Part shown: one piece after another, positions 47,827 to 56,702 of the stretch
Position numbering within the stretch: position 1 is the first letter of the stretch
How the letters are laid out: each line of letters starts with the position of its first letter
Source: Ornithinimicrobium sp.
Lineage (GTDB): Bacteria > Actinomycetota > Actinomycetes > Actinomycetales > Dermatophilaceae
Assembly: GCA_049649785.1 (NCBI GenBank)
Contig: JBARZG010000103.1
Span: 2,243-66,242 of the forward strand
Reading direction: 5' to 3'
DNA length: 64,000 nt
Program-made: the position numbers and the translations under genes
Notes under the pieces: generated by a model
The model's database searches: none
The model's input: the letters and a program-made list of their open reading frames with translations, nothing else
What the model was told of the DNA's origin: nothing

Positions 47827-49059
47827 ATGATGAAGCGTCAGTTGCCCAAGCGCCGTGACTTGATGCCACTGATTCAGTTCAAGAAGGTGGAGTGGTCGGC
47901 GCGCCAGCGACGCTTGACGTCGGCGTTGACGATTGAGGATTTGCGGGTGATCGCCAGGCGGCGGACCCCCCGGGCTGCGTTTGACTACACCGATGGTGCG
48001 GCCGAGGGGGAGGTGTCGTTGGCCAGGGCCCGGCAGGCCTTTGGGGATGTCGAGTTCAACCCGTCGGTCTTGCAGGACGTCACGCGGGTGGATACCTCGC
48101 GCTTCGTGCTCGGGCAACGAGTGTCGTTACCGTTCGGGATTGCGCCTACTGGGTTCACCCGGATGATGCAGACCGAGGGGGAAGTTGCCGGGGCTACGGC
48201 GGCCGCGGCGGCCGGCATACCGTTCACCTTGTCCACGATGGGCACCACATCGGTGGAGGACGTCGCGACAGCCGCGCCCGATGGGCGCAACTGGTTTCAG
48301 TTGTACATGTGGAAGGACCGCGAGAAGTCGATGGCACTGGTGGAGCGTGCCGCCGCTGCCGGCTACGACACTCTGATGGTCACGGTCGATGTGCCGGTGG
48401 CCGGTGCCCGGCTGCGCGATGTCCGCAACGGGATGACGATTCCGCCGACGCTGACCGCTGGCACCGTGATCAACGCCATCCCGCGCCCCGCCTGGTGGTT
48501 CAACTTTTTGACCACAGAGCCCCTGGCGTTCGCCTCGTTGGACTCGTGGTCTGGGACGGTGGCCGACCTGCTCGACACGATGTTCGATCCGAGCGTGACG
48601 TATGAGGATCTGGCCTGGATCCGGGATCAGTGGCCGGGCACGGTGTGCGTCAAGGGTGTGCAGAGCGTTGCCGATGCCCGCAGACTGGCCGAACTGGGGG
48701 TCGATGCCATTATTTTGTCGAACCACGGCGGCCGGCAGTTGGATCGGGCGCCCGTGCCGTTCTACCTGTTGCCCGAGGTGGTGGGTGCGGTCGGGGCCGA
48801 CCTCGAGGTGCATCTGGACACCGGCATCATGTCCGGTCAGGACATCGTCGCAGCCATGGCCCACGGCGCGCATTTCACCCTGATCGGACGGGCCTACCTC
48901 TATGGGTTGATGGCCGGCGGCCGGGAAGGTGTTGACCGGGCGATAGAGATCCTTCGTGGCCAGATCGAGCGCACGATGCGTCTGCTCGGAGTGACGACCC
49001 TGGATGAACTCGAGCCCGGTCACGTCACCCAACTGCGGCGGCTGACACAGCGCGGCTAG
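47827..49059 (+). CDS. FMN-dependent alpha-hydroxy-acid oxidase/dehydrogenase (LldD/MftD family)
   Basis: 410 aa. [24 protein letters not shown], and a TIM-barrel FMN family pattern throughout. Confidence 0.9.
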   Translation: MMKRQLPKRRDLMPLIQFKKVEWSARQRRLTSALTIEDLRVIARRRTPRAAFDYTDGAAEGEVSLARARQAFGDVEFNPSVLQDVTRVDTSRFVLGQRVSLPFGIAPTGFTRMMQTEGEVAGATAAAAAGIPFTLSTMGTTSVEDVATAAPDGRNWFQLYMWKDREKSMALVERAAAAGYDTLMVTVDVPVAGARLRDVRNGMTIPPTLTAGTVINAIPRPAWWFNFLTTEPLAFASLDSWSGTVADLLDTMFDPSVTYEDLAWIRDQWPGTVCVKGVQSVADARRLAELGVDAIILSNHGGRQLDRAPVPFYLLPEVVGAVGADLEVHLDTGIMSGQDIVAAMAHGAHFTLIGRAYLYGLMAGGREGVDRAIEILRGQIERTMRLLGVTTLDELEPGHVTQLRRLTQRG

Positions 49060-49107
49060 GGCCGCTGCTGTCCCCGCTACGAGGTGCTGTTCAGTGGCGT
49101 CCATCAG

Positions 49108-49175
49108 TCTGGTGCGCCGTTGTCGATCTGGTGCGCTCATGCAGCGGCGCACCAGATCGACAACCGCGCACCAGA
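49108..49175. repeat. 29-bp-arm palindrome (one mismatch, 10-nt loop), probable bidirectional terminator
   Basis: tctggtgcgccgttgtcgatctggtgcgc / gcgcaccagatcgacaaccgcgcaccaga. Each arm contains the 10-mer TCTGGTGCGC twice. Confidence 0.8.
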
Positions 49176-49208
49176 CGGAATGCGGGTCAATGTGAGCACG
49201 CCGGCCAG

Positions 49209-50276
49209 TCACTGCGCGACGGTGAACTCCAGCCAGAGCGGGTAGTGGTCGCTGATCCGCCACGACATCTGGGAACGGCTTAGACCGGAGTTGGATAGGA
49301 CGTGTGGGACGAAGTCGATATTGCCGCCGACCTGGTCAAACGTCATACCTTCTAGTCGTGATTCAGTCGTGCCGTCAGCCTTGGTGGGGCTGAACCACGA
49401 GATTTGGTCATAGTAGTGGCGGCTGCGGTCGTTGTCGAAGATAGTCCGGCTGACGTCGTGAAGCACCGCGGGTGGGTAGAGCCCAGTGGCGAAGAACGCA
49501 TTCCATAGCGGGTCGTCGTGCCGGTCGATGTTGAAGTCGCCGAGGACCATGACATTGCCATTCCAGTCCTTGGGCCGATCCGCCCACGACCTCATCCACT
49601 CGGCGAATGCGGTGAGCTCGGGCAGACGATCGGCGGGTTTGGTGCCCCACAGAACGTGCACGGTGGCGAGGATGAACTCGACTCCGTTGCGCACAAACCC
49701 GGCAGTGTACGGGGTCCGAGCGAACTGCTGGATGTCGTTTCGCGCCGCAGGGGGCAGCACGATCTCGCCCACCAGCCCTGAGGGTTCCACCCGGTGCGAG
49801 TCGTAGACGTAGGCAAGGCGCTCGCTGTTGCCCCGATCGCCTTCGGTCACATCCGAGGCAATGACTCGGTATGCCGGCCCGAGCAGAGAGAGGATCGCGA
49901 AGATGGCGCTGGGGTCGCGTCGTGCCTCTTGAACGGCGATGACATCGAATCGGGAGAGGACCTCGGCAATGCACGCCATCGAGTGCCAGTCACGTTTGGG
50001 GCTGTGGCTGCTGCTGGCAGTCCACTTGTCGGTGTATCCGCCCAGAGCCCGCACGTTCCAGGTGCCGATGAGCAGGTTCGCGGCGCGCTTGGTCGGGACG
50101 ACCCGGTCCAACTCTGCGCGGAGCCCGGCCAGGTCAGCGGTGACCTCAGGTGGCATGGGTGAGGGCGGCTGACGAGCCGAGCGCCCACCCGTTGTGGGCG
50201 GCATACCCATCAGCATGCCAGAAGGGTCCCCCCCGGTGTAAGACCGGCGAGAGCGGGACCTCAGGCCAGTGTTCAC
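49209..50276 (-). CDS. endonuclease/exonuclease/phosphatase (EEP, DNase I-like) family protein
   Basis: LLIGTWNVRALG, VIAVQEA, MVLGDFN, SDHYPLWLEF motifs. The N-terminal ~60 aa are disordered and the true start may be internal. Confidence 0.8.
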   Translation of the reverse strand: MNTGLRSRSRRSYTGGDPSGMLMGMPPTTGGRSARQPPSPMPPEVTADLAGLRAELDRVVPTKRAANLLIGTWNVRALGGYTDKWTASSSHSPKRDWHSMACIAEVLSRFDVIAVQEARRDPSAIFAILSLLGPAYRVIASDVTEGDRGNSERLAYVYDSHRVEPSGLVGEIVLPPAARNDIQQFARTPYTAGFVRNGVEFILATVHVLWGTKPADRLPELTAFAEWMRSWADRPKDWNGNVMVLGDFNIDRHDDPLWNAFFATGLYPPAVLHDVSRTIFDNDRSRHYYDQISWFSPTKADGTTESRLEGMTFDQVGGNIDFVPHVLSNSGLSRSQMSWRISDHYPLWLEFTVAQ

Positions 50277-50435
50277 CTCATCATGCGTGATGGTGTGGAT
50301 GGGTCAGAGCGATGCCCCGGACGGACAGCGAGACGTTGGACCTCGATGTTGAACGCGCCGGGGCTTTGCTGCGATAGCCAGCGGCGTCGACCTCCGCCAG
50401 ATCTGGAAGGCCTGAACCAGGACGTGTCGGCCGAG

Positions 50436-51092
50436 TCAGGGTCGGGCTCGTCCGGTCTCGTAGGCCCAGATGACGATTTGGACGCGGCTGCGAGCGCCGA
50501 CCTTGTCCATGATGCTGCTGACGTGGAACTTGACCGTGCTGAGGCTGATGTAGAGCGTGCTCGCAATCTGGGCGTTGGTCAGGCCCCGGGCGATCGTCGA
50601 GGTGACGTCCTCCTCGCGCTCGGTCAGTGCCACGACAGGCTGGGTCCGCGCGGTTGCGGGTGCCCGTTCGGCGAAGCGGGACAACAGGCGCACCGTGATG
50701 TTCGGGGCAATCAAGGCGTCCCCTTCGGCGGCGGCGTGGATTGCCTGGATCAGCAATGCCGGCCCAGCGTCCTTGAGCAGAAATCCGCGGGCACCCGCCT
50801 GAAGGGCGCCGGTGATGTGCTCTTCGGTGTCGAAGGTCGTCATGACCACGACGGCCAGGGGGTCCTCGACGTCTGGTCCGGCTAATACTCGGGTGGCTTC
50901 AACACCGTTCAGGTGTGGCATCCGAATGTCGAAGAGGCAGACGTCTGGGCGCAGCCGGCGGGCCAGCGTCACCGCTTCACGGCCATCGGCGGCCTGGGCG
51001 ACGACCTCGATGTCGGGCTGTCCGCCCAGGATCGTGGCCAGGCCGGCTCGGATGATCTCCTGATCGTCGGCGATCAGGACGCGGATGCTCAT
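50436..51092 (-). CDS. NarL/LuxR-family response regulator
   Basis: REC domain (VLIADDQEIIRAGL...DVCLFDIRMP) plus a LuxR HTH (LTEREEDVTSTIARGLTNAQIASTLYISLSTVKFH). Confidence 0.9.
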   Translation of the reverse strand: MSIRVLIADDQEIIRAGLATILGGQPDIEVVAQAADGREAVTLARRLRPDVCLFDIRMPHLNGVEATRVLAGPDVEDPLAVVVMTTFDTEEHITGALQAGARGFLLKDAGPALLIQAIHAAAEGDALIAPNITVRLLSRFAERAPATARTQPVVALTEREEDVTSTIARGLTNAQIASTLYISLSTVKFHVSSIMDKVGARSRVQIVIWAYETGRARP

Positions 51093-52264
51093 GCCCGACC
51101 TGGTTGTCGGGGGATGGTCGCCTGGACCGCCCAGCCGCGGGTTGGTGCAGTTCCCGCTTCCAGGGTTCCACCCAGCAGGCTCACCCGCTCAGCCATACCG
51201 ACGAGGCCATAGCCTGGCGATCGCGATCCGAAGTGGCCGCGCTCACCGTCGTCGGTGACGCTCAATCGGACGGTCTCGCTGTCGCCGTCGAGCAAGACAT
51301 CAACCCGACTCGCATGCCGTGCGTGACGTTGAGCGTTGGTGATCGCCTCTTGGGCCACGCGGTACAGCGCTGCTTGCATCGAAGGTGGCAGATCGTCGAG
51401 ATCGGCGCGACGTTCCACGTAGACCCGCAGCCCTGGCGAACCGTCGGCAGTGGCTAAGCCCTCCATCTCAGTAAGTGCGTGCTGGACGGGGCGGCTATCC
51501 GTGTCGTCGCGTCGGCGCAGCGATCCAACCATGGAGCGCATCTCTGCTAGCGCACGTGATGCTTCGGTCTCGATGACGCTGAGGGCCCGCGCGGCTCCCT
51601 CGGGGTTGTCTGAGGTGGCGAGGAAGCGCCCGGCCTGTGCCTGGATGGCGATGGCAGACACGTGGTGGGCCACCGTATCGTGCAACTCGCGGGACAGCGT
51701 CTCTCGCTCGTGAAGCCGGGCCTGGTTGAGCATCTGGTCGCGGACGATCGCCCGGTAACGGATCGAGAGGCCGATCGCCGCGGCGAGCAACAACACCACG
51801 AGGCCGCCGACGGCGTCGGTGACCCCGGTGAAGTCGGTGGTGACGCTCAGGCACCATTCCGCCAACACGATCAGCGCCCCGATCGCTGCCTGCAGCGGCG
51901 TGCCCCAGCGGAACAGCGAGTAGACGAGCACGAGCACGAACGTTCCGGCATACAGCACGAAGGGCTCGTTGAAAGCGAGAAGCCACGCCAGGTCAAGGAG
52001 CAGGAGAGCGCCGAAGGCGAGCCCAACCATGGTCAGGGGACGGCTGCGGCGCCAGAGCATCGTGAATGCCAGAGTGAGCCCGAAGGCGAGCGCGAGCGGG
52101 CGCCATACCAGGTCCTCTCGCGCCAACACCTCGACCAGCGTCGCGCCTGCCACGAGCCCGGCGAGCACCCAGTCGCGCCGGATGTGGACCGGTGGATGTT
52201 GGATGTCGGCCTCGGGGCGGAGCCATCCACGCGTTGGGGTCACGAACCCAGGGTAATGAGCCAC
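51089..52264 (-). CDS. sensor histidine kinase (HisKA_3 type)
   Basis: N-terminal TM helices, H-box LSRELHDTVAHHVSAI, HATPase_c. ATGA overlap with the response regulator gene. Confidence 0.9.
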   Translation of the reverse strand: MAHYPGFVTPTRGWLRPEADIQHPPVHIRRDWVLAGLVAGATLVEVLAREDLVWRPLALAFGLTLAFTMLWRRSRPLTMVGLAFGALLLLDLAWLLAFNEPFVLYAGTFVLVLVYSLFRWGTPLQAAIGALIVLAEWCLSVTTDFTGVTDAVGGLVVLLLAAAIGLSIRYRAIVRDQMLNQARLHERETLSRELHDTVAHHVSAIAIQAQAGRFLATSDNPEGAARALSVIETEASRALAEMRSMVGSLRRRDDTDSRPVQHALTEMEGLATADGSPGLRVYVERRADLDDLPPSMQAALYRVAQEAITNAQRHARHASRVDVLLDGDSETVRLSVTDDGERGHFGSRSPGYGLVGMAERVSLLGGTLEAGTAPTRGWAVQATIPRQPGRA

Positions 52265-52434
52265 AAGAAGCTTCCGGATCGACCGATCGGCCGGTCGCTG
52301 CCTGACCTTTCGGTCAGGCCGGAGACTGGTCGCAATCCCGGTGTGTTAGCCGCTCGATCCGACGACAGTGGTTGGCACAGCGGGCCCGGGAAGCGGGGTC
52401 ACCGCCTGAGGCCACCGATCACGAGGAGCATGCC

Positions 52435-52896
52435 ATGATGACCACCACGACAACCCGAGCGGCACAGCACTATCGAGACACTCCCGTCGATGTGAAGATC
52501 GTGATCAGCGCCCTCTGGGTCGCCATGCTGATGGTGTTCGCTTACGTCGACATCTTCGGGTTCTTCCGAGCGGACGTTCTCAGTGCGGCGCTCAACGGCG
52601 AAGTGGCCAGCACAGGGCTGGCCGTCAATCAGGCTTTTCTCGTCGGTGCCCTCCTGTACATCCTGCTGCCGAGCCTGATGGTGGTCTTGTCGCTGGTCCT
52701 CAAACCACGGGTCAACCGGGTCCTGAACATCGCGGCCAGCCTGCTGTACGTCGTCAGCATCGCCGTTTCCTGTATCGGAGAGACGTGGATGTACTACCTG
52801 ACGGGTAGTGCTGTGGAGGTTGTGCTTCTCCTGGCGATCACCCGCACCGCATGGAACTGGCCAGCAGCGGGGGAACGCAAGCCTCAGCCGCGTTGA
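52435..52896 (+). CDS. DUF6326-like small membrane protein
   Basis: ATG at 52435. VKIVISALWVAMLMVFAYVDIFGFFRADV...NRVLNIAASLLYVV...TRTAWNWP. Divergent from the two-component system. Confidence 0.6.
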   Translation: MMTTTTTRAAQHYRDTPVDVKIVISALWVAMLMVFAYVDIFGFFRADVLSAALNGEVASTGLAVNQAFLVGALLYILLPSLMVVLSLVLKPRVNRVLNIAASLLYVVSIAVSCIGETWMYYLTGSAVEVVLLLAITRTAWNWPAAGERKPQPR

Positions 52897-54152
52897 GGCG
52901 GCTCGCCGGTGTGAGCGGGCCCAGCTGTCGCCCCTGTTGTGCTCAGGCGATACAACGAACGCATCGCCAACGCCCCCACCAACGGTCCGGGAACCAACAG
53001 CCAGAACGCGTACTGCCAACTGACCAACTGGGCCGCGATCGGGACGAGTTGAATCGTCACCACCGTTAGTGCGAAGCCGATCGCGACCTGCGCGGTGAGC
53101 GCGGATCCGACATACCTGGGATCGACATTCTCGCTCAGCGATGCCGAGAAGACCCCCGAGTCGGCGATCACCGACGCCCCCCACACCAACAGCACCGCGC
53201 CCACCACCGGCCAAGGGGCGATGAACAGCACCGGAGAGACCAGGCAGCAGGCACCGCTGACGGTGAGCGCCACACCCGCCGCTCGCGGGCGACCGAACCG
53301 ATCTGAGGCCCAGCCGCCCACCAGGCAACCGGCGACCCCGGCCAGACCGATCGCGGCGAAGACCGTCCCACCTAGCGCCAGAGCCGGCAACGCCTCGTCC
53401 CCGCGAGCCGCCTGTCGGGCGATCAAGAACGCTGGCAGCCACGTCCACCAGGCGTACAGCTCCCACATGTGGCCGAAGTAGCCGAGGTTGGCCAGCCGAG
53501 GCCGGCGTTCGCGCAGCATCTGGATGGCGTAGCGCGGGTGCGGCACGATCGGCGCGGTATCCATCAGGGGCCCGGGGCGGACAAGCGTGACCGCGACGAC
53601 GGCGCCCGCGAAGCAGCACCCCGCGGCCGTGAGCATGACGCCCCGCCAGGGCAGGTCGCCGATGCCGCCGATCAGGTGCGGCAACGCCGAGCCCAAGGTG
53701 AGCGAGCCGATCAGTATGCCGAACGCACGACCGCGTTGGCGCGGCGGGACCCAGGAGGCGGTTAGTTTCATCCCCACCGGATAGACACCGGCCAGGAACA
53801 CTCCGGTCAGAAACCGCAACGGAACGGCCAGTGACATCTCGTCGACCAGCACGGCGAATACCGCGGTGCACCCGCACGCCGCGAGTGCAGACAGGGACAT
53901 CAACAGGTGCGGCAACACCCGGTCGGGCAGATTGGCCACCGTCGAGAGCACCGCTCCGGTGACGAAACCAAGTTGCACCGAGGCGGTCAACCAGACTGCG
54001 GCAGCGGCGCTGATAGCCCAGTCTTCGCGCAGGGTGGGCACGACGGCGGACGCAGAGAACCACACGGTGAGGGCCAGCACTTGGACCAACGCGATGAGCA
54101 GTTGTTGGCCAGCGCGCGATCGTCTCCGATCCGGGCCCGTTGGGAACGTCAT
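52884..54152 (-). CDS. MFS transporter
   Basis: 422 aa, about 12 TM helices. The alternative 554-aa ORF 52399..54063 on the same strand is an R/G/P-rich off-frame shadow. Confidence 0.85.
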   Translation of the reverse strand: MTFPTGPDRRRSRAGQQLLIALVQVLALTVWFSASAVVPTLREDWAISAAAAVWLTASVQLGFVTGAVLSTVANLPDRVLPHLLMSLSALAACGCTAVFAVLVDEMSLAVPLRFLTGVFLAGVYPVGMKLTASWVPPRQRGRAFGILIGSLTLGSALPHLIGGIGDLPWRGVMLTAAGCCFAGAVVAVTLVRPGPLMDTAPIVPHPRYAIQMLRERRPRLANLGYFGHMWELYAWWTWLPAFLIARQAARGDEALPALALGGTVFAAIGLAGVAGCLVGGWASDRFGRPRAAGVALTVSGACCLVSPVLFIAPWPVVGAVLLVWGASVIADSGVFSASLSENVDPRYVGSALTAQVAIGFALTVVTIQLVPIAAQLVSWQYAFWLLVPGPLVGALAMRSLYRLSTTGATAGPAHTGEPPQRG

Positions 54153-54161
54153 GGACTCTTC

Positions 54162-54640
54162 TTACCTTGCGGCACCAAGAACTCTGCCGCTCCGGGCGAT
54201 CTGTTCACACACTGCCAAGGACGCGCTTATGGCAGCGGCCAGCCAGGGATTGGCGACGTGGTCGGGCAGGATGGTGCCAAGTGATGTAGCGATCTGCCGG
54301 TAGAACATAAGACCAAGCGCCGGTCGGGCAAGTAGTAGCCGAGTGAGGGCTCCGGTGGAGAACGAGATAGTGGTGACGTCTCACTCGGCGGCCACCACGG
54401 TGGTGACCCAACCACCGACCCCCAGGAAGCCCACCTCGCCCAGCCAGGGCCAGGACCGCCCCGACCGACTCCTGGTAGGCCGCGTCCATGATGTTGATCA
54501 GGGCGACCGGGCTGTACCGCAGCGGCCCCAAGGCCACCGGCGGGCGCCCGTGGTCGGTAACCCAGCGCAACATAATGACCCGCCATGTAGAGCACCGCTA
54601 CAGGTGGCGCTTGTCGGGCCAAGGCACGCTCCGTGACCGC
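54162..54640 (-). pseudogene. possible decayed gene remnant (at least one frameshift and an in-frame TGA)
   Basis: Protein-like segments in different minus frames: ...LYMAGHYVALGY / MLRWVTDHGRPPVALGPLRYSPVALINIMDAAYQESVGAVLALA / WLGEVGFLGVGGWVTTVVAAE*DVTTISFSTGALTRLLLARPALGLMFYRQIATSLGTILPDHVANPWLAAAISASLAVCEQIARSGRVLGAAR. Confidence 0.3.
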
Positions 54641-54907
54641 GACGACCTTTCCAGCCGCACACGCTCACGGTTGCGAGGTCAATCCTGCGTTCGGCACGGA
54701 CAGGGTTTCGCGAGCGCTTCTCACAAGGGTCTGAGCCGCTAGCCTCGCGAGGCGTCTCGGCATACCCTGGGCTTGAGCGTCCCGCACCCTCGACCTCCCT
54801 GCTAGGTGGCCGGCATCCACTGGCCACGCGGCGGGTGAAGATAGCCACCATGCCGCCCTAGCCCTGGACAGGCCGGCCGATAGACGTGCGGCAACTGGAG
54901 GCTAGAA

Positions 54908-54996
54908 GGAAGGAGCGATCGAATGAGGGGATCGGCATGACCGATCAGGGGGTCATCGTCACCGCGGCTCAGGCGGGCCGCGCGGGTCTGACATGA
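54908..54996 (+). promoter_or_regulatory. leader with strong SD and two ATGA-chained mini-ORFs feeding the LLM gene start
   Basis: GGAAGGAG (54908-54915), then ATG 54923 (MRGSA*). An ATGA overlap leads to ATG 54937 (MTDQGVIVTAAQAGRAGLT*). A second ATGA overlap leads to the LLM ATG at 54993. Confidence 0.35.
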
Positions 54997-56030
54997 ACTT
55001 GACGCTATTCATTAACCCCGAGCACGATCCCGGCGATGACCTAGGGGGACGGTTGGCCGAGCATGTGGAGCAGGTAGCAATCGCCCGCAAGATGGGCTAC
55101 GACGGTGTCGCCATCGGCACCCACCTGTCGTATGGATCGGCTGTGTGGTTCCCGCCGTTTCCCACGTTGATGCATCTGCTCCCGGCGGCAGAGGGAATGG
55201 CCTTGTCGACCTGCATGCTGGTGCTGCCCTTCCATCACCCTCTGCACATCGCTGAACAAGCCGCCCTTCTTGACGTCGCCTGTGGCGGACGGTTCACCCT
55301 CGGGCTCTCCGCCGGCTGGTCGAAGGCGGAATTTCAGGCGCTTGGCTTGGACCGAGCGACGCGGGTCGGCAGATTCACCGAGTCCATCGAGCTGATCCGG
55401 CGGCTCTGGACCCAGGAGCAAGTCACTTTTGCCGGCCAGTACTTTCAGGCCAAGGACCTGTCTCTCGCGCTCCGACCGTTGCGCGCGCCGCGACCACCGT
55501 TGTGGGTGGGCGGCAGCGTGGCCCGATCGGTGCAGCGTGGTGCCGACGTGGTTGAGCCGCTCGTCGGTGACACGTGGGTCGCGTCGTCGCACCTGACTGA
55601 GGACGTGATCGCTGATCAAGCAGGCGTGTTCCGAGACCGGCTGCACGTCCAAGGCAAGCCCATGCCTGCGGACTTCCCTGTGCTGCGCAACGTCGTCGTG
55701 GCGCCGGACCGAGCCACCGCCTGGCGCGATGCCGGTCCGTTCCTGGCCGCCAGTTACGACGTGTTCGAGACCTGGGGCTTGTTCTCCGACGTGATCGGTA
55801 AGGACACCTCGCACGTCGACCTCGAGGCGCTGCTTGCGGGCCGGGTGGTCATCGGCTCCCCCGAGGAGTGCGCCGAACAGTTGGTTCGACTGGCCAGAGC
55901 CACTGGGTTTACCCGCCTCATTGCGCGAGTCCAATGGATGGGTATGGACCAACGCATCGTGCGCCGCACCATTGAGTTGCTGGCCGAACAGGTTCGGCCG
56001 CTCGTTGAGGCTGAACTAGCCCGCCACTGA
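54993..56030 (+). CDS. LLM-class (luciferase-like) flavin-dependent oxidoreductase
   Basis: 345 aa with a typical LLM TIM-barrel sequence (FTLGLSAGWSKAEFQALG..., GSPEECAEQL). Confidence 0.85.
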   Translation: MNLTLFINPEHDPGDDLGGRLAEHVEQVAIARKMGYDGVAIGTHLSYGSAVWFPPFPTLMHLLPAAEGMALSTCMLVLPFHHPLHIAEQAALLDVACGGRFTLGLSAGWSKAEFQALGLDRATRVGRFTESIELIRRLWTQEQVTFAGQYFQAKDLSLALRPLRAPRPPLWVGGSVARSVQRGADVVEPLVGDTWVASSHLTEDVIADQAGVFRDRLHVQGKPMPADFPVLRNVVVAPDRATAWRDAGPFLAASYDVFETWGLFSDVIGKDTSHVDLEALLAGRVVIGSPEECAEQLVRLARATGFTRLIARVQWMGMDQRIVRRTIELLAEQVRPLVEAELARH

Positions 56031-56171
56031 CGTTCTCACCGGGCCATAGCGTGCAGCGTCGTTGAGGTGGTGCTTCAGGAGTATCTCGATCATCGTGATT
56101 CCGCCGAGCGGATCACGCACGGCCTCTCATCCATCGGGGGTGATGTATGACGCGAGCTTTGGGCGCACGCT

Positions 56172-56423
56172 GTGAACATGAGCGGCGATCGGATGGTGAC
56201 GCGGTATGAGTTCGTCGTGACAGGCGCCGCCAGCCCGATGGTGGTGGCGGCGTTCGAAGACTTTGTGGTCTCGTCGCCGGAGGACGGAATGCTGGCTTTG
56301 GTCGGGACCGTCCCGGACGAGAGCGGTCTTCACGGCGTCCTGCACCGGCTGCAGTCCCTCGGACTAACGATCATCGAAGTGCGGCGACTGGGCGATGAAG
56401 TGGCGCCCTACCCCGCGAAGTGA
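56172..56423 (+). CDS. small hypothetical protein (recurrent actinobacterial ~80-aa family ending ...LHGVLxRLxxLGLxxxEVRRL)
   Basis: RYEFVVTG...LVGTVPDESGLHGVLHRLQSLGLTIIEVRRL. The start may be ATG 56193. A hairpin follows directly. Confidence 0.5.
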   Translation: MNMSGDRMVTRYEFVVTGAASPMVVAAFEDFVVSSPEDGMLALVGTVPDESGLHGVLHRLQSLGLTIIEVRRLGDEVAPYPAK

Positions 56424-56433
56424 GTCAGTGCAG

Positions 56434-56461
56434 CCGCGATCAACCCGGTCGTTGATCGCGG
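56434..56461 (+). terminator. perfect 11-bp stem / 6-nt loop hairpin
   Basis: ccgcgatcaac-ccggtc-gttgatcgcgg, 11 nt after the stop of the small ORF. Confidence 0.5.
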
Positions 56462-56702
56462 GTAGGAGAGCGCCGCGCCGGCGGTTTACCCGCTTCATGC
56501 TCGGCTGTGACGCCGTGCGGGCTCACCTCACTATTGTAGGTTCTGGACCAGTGACGTTTGTCGCTCACCCACTTCGCATCCTGGCCCTGGGTGTCGCCTA
56601 GGAGAGTATCGGAGGATCCGGTGGATCTTGATCCTGTTTCCCGGCGCTGTCTGACCGGCTCATTCGCGCGGCCGAAGACTACAGTCGCCAGGGCCTCATG
56701 CC

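Noticed and set aside
47827-49059. Mycofactocin biosynthesis locus (MftD)
   Set aside because: No radical-SAM MftC, MftB, precursor MftA, peptidase MftE or GT MftF is adjacent. The neighbouring GT2 belongs to the coupled sugar operon on the other strand.
52399-54063. 554-aa minus-strand ORF
   Set aside because: It is R/G/P-rich and non-protein-like, and it is off-frame on the same strand as the convincing 12-TM MFS ORF 52884..54152. This is typical GC-rich shadow frame behaviour.
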